In this document: piece after piece, positions 28,996-32,000 of the stretch
Numbering within the stretch: position 1 is the first letter of the stretch
Layout: the number at the start of each line of letters is the position of its first letter
NCBI GenBank assembly: GCA_041649575.1
Contig: JBAZMW010000003.1
Span: 159,559 to 191,558 of the forward strand
Source of the DNA: Patescibacteria group bacterium
GTDB taxonomy: Bacteria; Patescibacteriota; Patescibacteriia; 2-01-FULL-39-33
Direction of reading: 5' to 3'
Length of the DNA stretch: 32,000 nucleotides
Translations under genes and position numbers: made by a program
Notes under the pieces: generated by a model
What the model saw: only the letters and a program-made list of their open reading frames with translations
The model's database searches: none
Told to the model about the DNA's origin: nothing

Positions 28996-30066
28996 ACAAT
29001 TTGTAATCCTCTGCCTAATCTTATAGCTATTCCCGTGTTTTAACAGTCCTAAATAGGAATTAACGGTTTCTGCTTTAGGATTGTTTTTTATTCTCTTGAA
29101 CATTCTCCGTTTGGCTTTAGCGCGCAGAACGCGGTGATCAAAGAAATGCACCCAGCCCAAGGAATCAAGGCCGGAATTTAGCGTTTTGATAAAAATCTTG
29201 TCGGGATGAAGCGTCAGTTTTAATTTATTTAATAAAAAACCAGCTATTAGTTTAATGATGTTTTCTAAATATCCCCTGTTTTCTGAAAATACAACAAAGT
29301 CATCACAATAACGCAGATAATGTTTTATCTTCAACTGCTGTTTGATAAATTGGTCAAATTCATTTAAATAAATATTAACTAAAAGCTGGGAAGTGAGATT
29401 GCCAAGTGGCAAACCCAGCTCTCCCCCTTTCCAAGGGGGAGTCAGAGGGGGTTTTGAAGATTCTAATAAGACAGAGGATTTCATAACCTCCCCTCGCCCC
29501 TCCTTGGAAAGGAGGGGGAAAGAAATAAAGCTGTCAATTATTTCTTCCAATAGATTTAATATTTTTTGGTCATTGATTTGCCTAGCCAAAATGTCCTTTA
29601 AAATCCAGTGACCAACGCTGGCAAAAAATTTCTTAATATCGCCTTTCAATATCCAGCAGGTTCGGCTGTTGTTCTGGCTAACCTGGTAAGCAAACTTTCT
29701 AAATCTGTTTAAGGCTTTGTGGGTGCCCTTATTAAGTCGGCAGGAATGGGAATCGGCAATGAATTTTCTGTCGAAATATGGATAGAGCTGACGATAGACG
29801 GCGTGATGGACCAGGCGATCGCGCACACTGGCCTTGTGGATGTTTCTGGGCTTGGGATCGCAGATGTTAAACGACTTATAACCGCCATGACGATAATTGC
29901 CATTTGCCAAATCGTGATGAAGGGCGATAAGATTGTCCATGAGACTGAATTCAAATCGCTGGACATCGGCTTTCTGCCTTTTGCCTCGCCGAAATTCCTG
30001 CCAAGCTAAAAGCAAGTTATCTAAAGAAATAATATCTTCAAAAGTATGAGTGAAAACTTTGGCCAT
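28936..30066 (-). CDS. DGR-type reverse transcriptase
   Basis: RT motifs ILKGDIKKFFASVGH, GLPLGNLTSQLLVNIYLNEFDQF, HYLRYCDDFVVF, SLGWVHF. Associated TR, VRs and an Avd-like gene. Contains an in-frame palindromic insert near 29421-29520. Confidence 0.95.
   Translation of the reverse strand: MAKVFTHTFEDIISLDNLLLAWQEFRRGKRQKADVQRFEFSLMDNLIALHHDLANGNYRHGGYKSFNICDPKPRNIHKASVRDRLVHHAVYRQLYPYFDRKFIADSHSCRLNKGTHKALNRFRKFAYQVSQNNSRTCWILKGDIKKFFASVGHWILKDILARQINDQKILNLLEEIIDSFISFPLLSKEGRGEVMKSSVLLESSKPPLTPPWKGGELGLPLGNLTSQLLVNIYLNEFDQFIKQQLKIKHYLRYCDDFVVFSENRGYLENIIKLIAGFLLNKLKLTLHPDKIFIKTLNSGLDSLGWVHFFDHRVLRAKAKRRMFKRIKNNPKAETVNSYLGLLKHGNSYKIRQRITNCLSDITQRINRRAANAHLKM
29421..29520. repeat. Palindromic repeat insertion inside the RT ORF
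   Basis: CTCCCCCTT-tcc-AAGGGGGAG (29421-29441) and CCCCTCCTT-gga-AAGGAGGGG (29497-29517). Encodes FPLLSKEGRGEVMKSSVLLESSKPPLTPPWKGGELG. Confidence 0.75.
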
Positions 30067-30090
30067 CTTAATAAAAATTCTTTTAGGTCA

Positions 30091-30105
30091 CCCCCCCCCC
30101 CCCCC
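30091..30105. repeat. 15-nt poly-C tract in the RT/avd divergent intergenic region
   Basis: ccccccccccccccc between the RT start (30066) and the Avd TTG start (30114). Confidence 0.85.
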
Positions 30106-30113
30106 GCTACAAT

Positions 30114-30485
30114 TTGGAAATTTTGCATAAAACACAAACGCTTTATAGGCTCTGGCATGACTGGCTAAAAGATTTTCCCAAGTTGTCGCGCTATACGCTA
30201 GGAATCAGGGTTGATAATTTATTTATCGAACTGCTTGAAAATCTTTTTGCGGCCAGCTACTTGCCTCGACAAGAAAAATCACCCCTGATTAAAATCATCA
30301 TCAAAAAAATAGATTTGTTAAAATTTTTGATTTGGCTAAGCTGGGAGCTAAGGCTGCTTAGCGACAACAAATATCAGAATCTTTCGCTGCCGCTGGAAGA
30401 AATCGGACGCTCGGCCTGGAACTGGGGAAACCGTTTAGAAAAAACGCCGCCGCTCTGGGCGGAGGCGCAAAAACAAAACGGCTAG
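30114..30485 (+). CDS. avd: Avd-like DGR accessory protein (four-helix bundle family)
   Basis: KTQTLYRLWHDWLKDFPKLSRYTLGIRVDNLFIELLENLFAASYL...KKIDLLKFLIWLSWELRLLSDNKYQNLSLPLEEIGRSAWNW matches the Avd pattern (FPK..RYTLG, KLDLLK, EEIGR). Confidence 0.85.
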   Translation: MEILHKTQTLYRLWHDWLKDFPKLSRYTLGIRVDNLFIELLENLFAASYLPRQEKSPLIKIIIKKIDLLKFLIWLSWELRLLSDNKYQNLSLPLEEIGRSAWNWGNRLEKTPPLWAEAQKQNG

Positions 30486-30589
30486 CGGACGACGGCGAAC
30501 CGACAGATGTGGTTCCAATCGTTCTTGGTGTGGTTGACGTACAGGTTGCGCTTAGCATCGTTCCTGTTGAGGTACAGCACCCTGTCGCC
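30485..30589 (-). repeat. DGR template repeat (TR)
   Basis: Gap-free 105-nt alignment to both VRs. Coding-sense TR has 27 adenines, which account for 31 of 33 substitutions across two VRs. Translates as GDRVLYLNRNDAKRNLYVNHTKNDWNHICRFAVVR. Confidence 0.95.
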
Positions 30590-30657
30590 ATCTGTAATGT
30601 GCCGCTGGCCATCAGAACCACTGCCAATTGAACCGCCCAAAAGGCGTCTCTTGGCTG

Positions 30658-30686
30658 TATCTTGTTTGGGATTTTTACCCTGTCAA
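30658..30686 (-). promoter_or_regulatory. Possible promoter for the TR transcript
   Basis: Minus strand TTGACA, 17-bp spacer, AAGATA, about 70 nt upstream of the TR; the -10 is weak. Confidence 0.35.
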
Positions 30687-30888
30687 ATAACATTTTAGAC
30701 CATCGCTTGTGTTTTATCATCCAAAAACCAAAGACATGGCTACAATTTTCTGTTGATATATTTAACGGGGTTTAATCCGCCAGCAAACGGCACCGAGCAG
30801 TTTTTGTTTTTATTTTTGGTATTCCTAAGCCGGTGGCCGAGGAAATATTAACCATATTTATCTTAAATAAATTTGAGAAAAAAGAAAA

Positions 30889-30932
30889 GGTCCGCTCAGC
30901 CAGCTCAAGAATCTGAGCTGGCTGAGCGGACC
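30889..30932 (-). terminator. Strong terminator downstream of DGR target gene 1
   Basis: 19-bp perfect stem GGTCCGCTCAGCCAGCTCA/TGAGCTGGCTGAGCGGACC, 6-nt loop, followed on the minus strand by TTTTCTTTTTTC. Confidence 0.9.
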
Positions 30933-30977
30933 GGGGTCAAGGTCCAAGGGATTGTTGGGGTCAACTGCCCGTCTTGC

Positions 30978-31568
30978 CTACGCTTGCGCTTCGGCAATTC
31001 GGTCAGGCTCGCGGACGACGGCGAACCGACAGACGTGGCGCCAACCGCCCTTGGTGAGGCGGACGTACAGGCCGCGCCCTGCACCGTCCCTGCTGAGGTA
31101 CAGCACCCTGCCACCGGTGGGAGCCGCGACAATCGGGAACTGCCGCTGCAGGTCGGGCTGCTTGGCACCCAGAGTCAATGTTTCGCGGGGCGTGGCTCGG
31201 CGGTAACCGCGCTTCTTGGCTTCGGCCGTGGCATCGTCATCGGAAATGTCGTAGCCCAAGTGTAGCAGTTCAACCACGACTGTTTCCTTCTTGTCTTCGG
31301 TGGGCAGGGGGACGTTGGCTTCGGTGAAGTCGCCGTCAACCCAGTAGCAGGCGATGGCCTCGCGCAACTGCTCACGGGTGAACGAGTGGTCGATGTCGAG
31401 GGCAACCGCGCTCCTCAAACGTTGGCCGACTGCCGCGATTTCTCTGCCGATCACTTCGAGCAAATAGGCGTCCTGACTCACGAACCGAATGTCGCTGGCC
31501 TCACCGCCTTGCGCTACCACTGCTTCGGTGATCACTTGCGCGAGAACTTCAGGATTAATGGTGTTCAT
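30978..31568 (-). CDS. DGR target (variable) protein 1
   Basis: 196 aa. AAGGAGG upstream of ATG 31568. C-terminal VR GGRVLYLSRDGAGRGLYVRLTKGGWRHVCRFAVVR. Confidence 0.9.
   Translation of the reverse strand: MNTINPEVLAQVITEAVVAQGGEASDIRFVSQDAYLLEVIGREIAAVGQRLRSAVALDIDHSFTREQLREAIACYWVDGDFTEANVPLPTEDKKETVVVELLHLGYDISDDDATAEAKKRGYRRATPRETLTLGAKQPDLQRQFPIVAAPTGGRVLYLSRDGAGRGLYVRLTKGGWRHVCRFAVVREPDRIAEAQA
31011..31115 (-). repeat. DGR variable repeat VR1
   Basis: 19 differences to the TR over 105 nt, 17 at TR adenines (14 A>G, 2 A>C, 1 A>T); exceptions at 31080 and 31113. Confidence 0.95.
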
Positions 31569-31596
31569 TGTTGTTCCTCCTTAATGGTCAGGGTTC

Positions 31597-31648
31597 ACCC
31601 CGTGGAATCCCGACTTCGTCGGGACCGCTTCGCGGTATTCCACGGGGT
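31597..31648. repeat. Compact perfect three-way-junction element (copy F), between the two DGR target genes
   Basis: Outer ACCCCGTGGAAT/ATTCCACGGGGT; inner CCCGAC-ttc-GTCGGG and ACCGC-ttc-GCGGT, no unpaired junction nucleotides. Confidence 0.85.
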
Positions 31649-31656
31649 ACATGGTT

Positions 31657-32000
31657 TCAGGGTTTCAACTGCTCGCGGACGACGGCGAACCGACAGAGGA
31701 GGTTCCAATCGATCTTGGGGTGGATGACGAACAGGTGGCGCCGAGCATCGCCCCTGCTGAGGCACAGCACCCTGCCGCCGGTGGGGGCTGCGATGATCGG
31801 GAACTGCCGTTGCAGGTCCGGGTATTTGGCGCCCAGAGTGAGCACTTCGCGAGGCGTGGCCCGACGATAGCCGCGCTTCTTGGCTTCGGCCGTGGCATCG
31901 TCATCGGAAATGTCGTAGCCCAAGTGTAGCAGTTCAACCACGACTGTTTCCTTCTTGTCTTCGGTGGGCAGGGGGACGTTGGCTTCGGTGAAGCCGCCGC
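31657..32000 (-). CDS. DGR target (variable) protein 2, N-terminus beyond the window edge
   Basis: Frame is open to the window end: GFTEANVPLPTEDKKETVVVELLHLGYDISDDDATAEAKKRGYRRATPREVL...CRFAVVREQLKP, paralogous to target 1. Confidence 0.9.
   Translation of the reverse strand, partial: GGFTEANVPLPTEDKKETVVVELLHLGYDISDDDATAEAKKRGYRRATPREVLTLGAKYPDLQRQFPIIAAPTGGRVLCLSRGDARRHLFVIHPKIDWNLLCRFAVVREQLKP
31675..31779 (-). repeat. DGR variable repeat VR2
   Basis: 14 differences to the TR over 105 nt, all at TR adenines (6 A>G, 4 A>C, 4 A>T). Confidence 0.97.

Noticed and set aside
28936-30066. Group II intron or retron interpretation of the RT
   Set aside because: No maturase/HNH region or msr/msd-like structure was recognised. 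The GNLTSQ motif, Avd neighbour and adenine-specific TR/VR pairs specify a DGR.
30358-30720. 120-aa minus-strand ORF spanning the TR and antisense to avd (MIKHKRWSKMLFDRV...)
   Set aside because: It reads the TR in a different frame from the VR-coding frame and runs antisense through avd; likely spurious.
30873-31927. Plus-strand ORFs opposite the DGR target genes (30873..31265, 31386..31727, 31568..31870, 31651..31929 and others)
   Set aside because: Antisense shadows of GC-rich target genes. They contain the reverse complement of VR sequence, and ribosome sites and TR/VR logic support the minus strand.

Overview
Best read as a Patescibacteria/CPR-like chromosomal window (inferred from gene content and style). 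It carries a core backbone: ssrA-smpB, infC-rpmI-rplT, lgt, pyk, groES-groEL with a perfect CIRCE element, a radical SAM / O-antigen-ligase-like / nucleotidyltransferase cluster, and a LysM-M23 peptidase. The backbone is interrupted by apparently GC-rich orphan genes, several with extended -10 promoters, and by structured repeat elements. The standout system is a diversity-generating retroelement (DGR) at about 28.9-32.0 kb. It has a DGR-type reverse transcriptase (28936..30066, -), an Avd-like accessory gene (30114..30485, +), a 105-nt template repeat (30485..30589) and two 105-nt variable repeats (31011..31115 and 31675..31779) at the 3' ends of two tandem paralogous target genes. My hand alignment is gap-free. 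All 14 TR/VR2 differences and 17 of 19 TR/VR1 differences fall on coding-strand adenines of the TR, which is the hallmark of DGR mutagenesis. Unusual points: avd is inverted and its stop codon abuts the TR; a palindromic repeat is inserted in frame in the RT; and a C15 tract separates RT and avd. Other items of note: a divergent tmRNA with a predicted 22-aa tag, compact 3-way-junction repeats near a tRNA-Asp with partial tRNA copies, and a 1948-aa repeat-built protein. All alignments and coordinates were made by eye.
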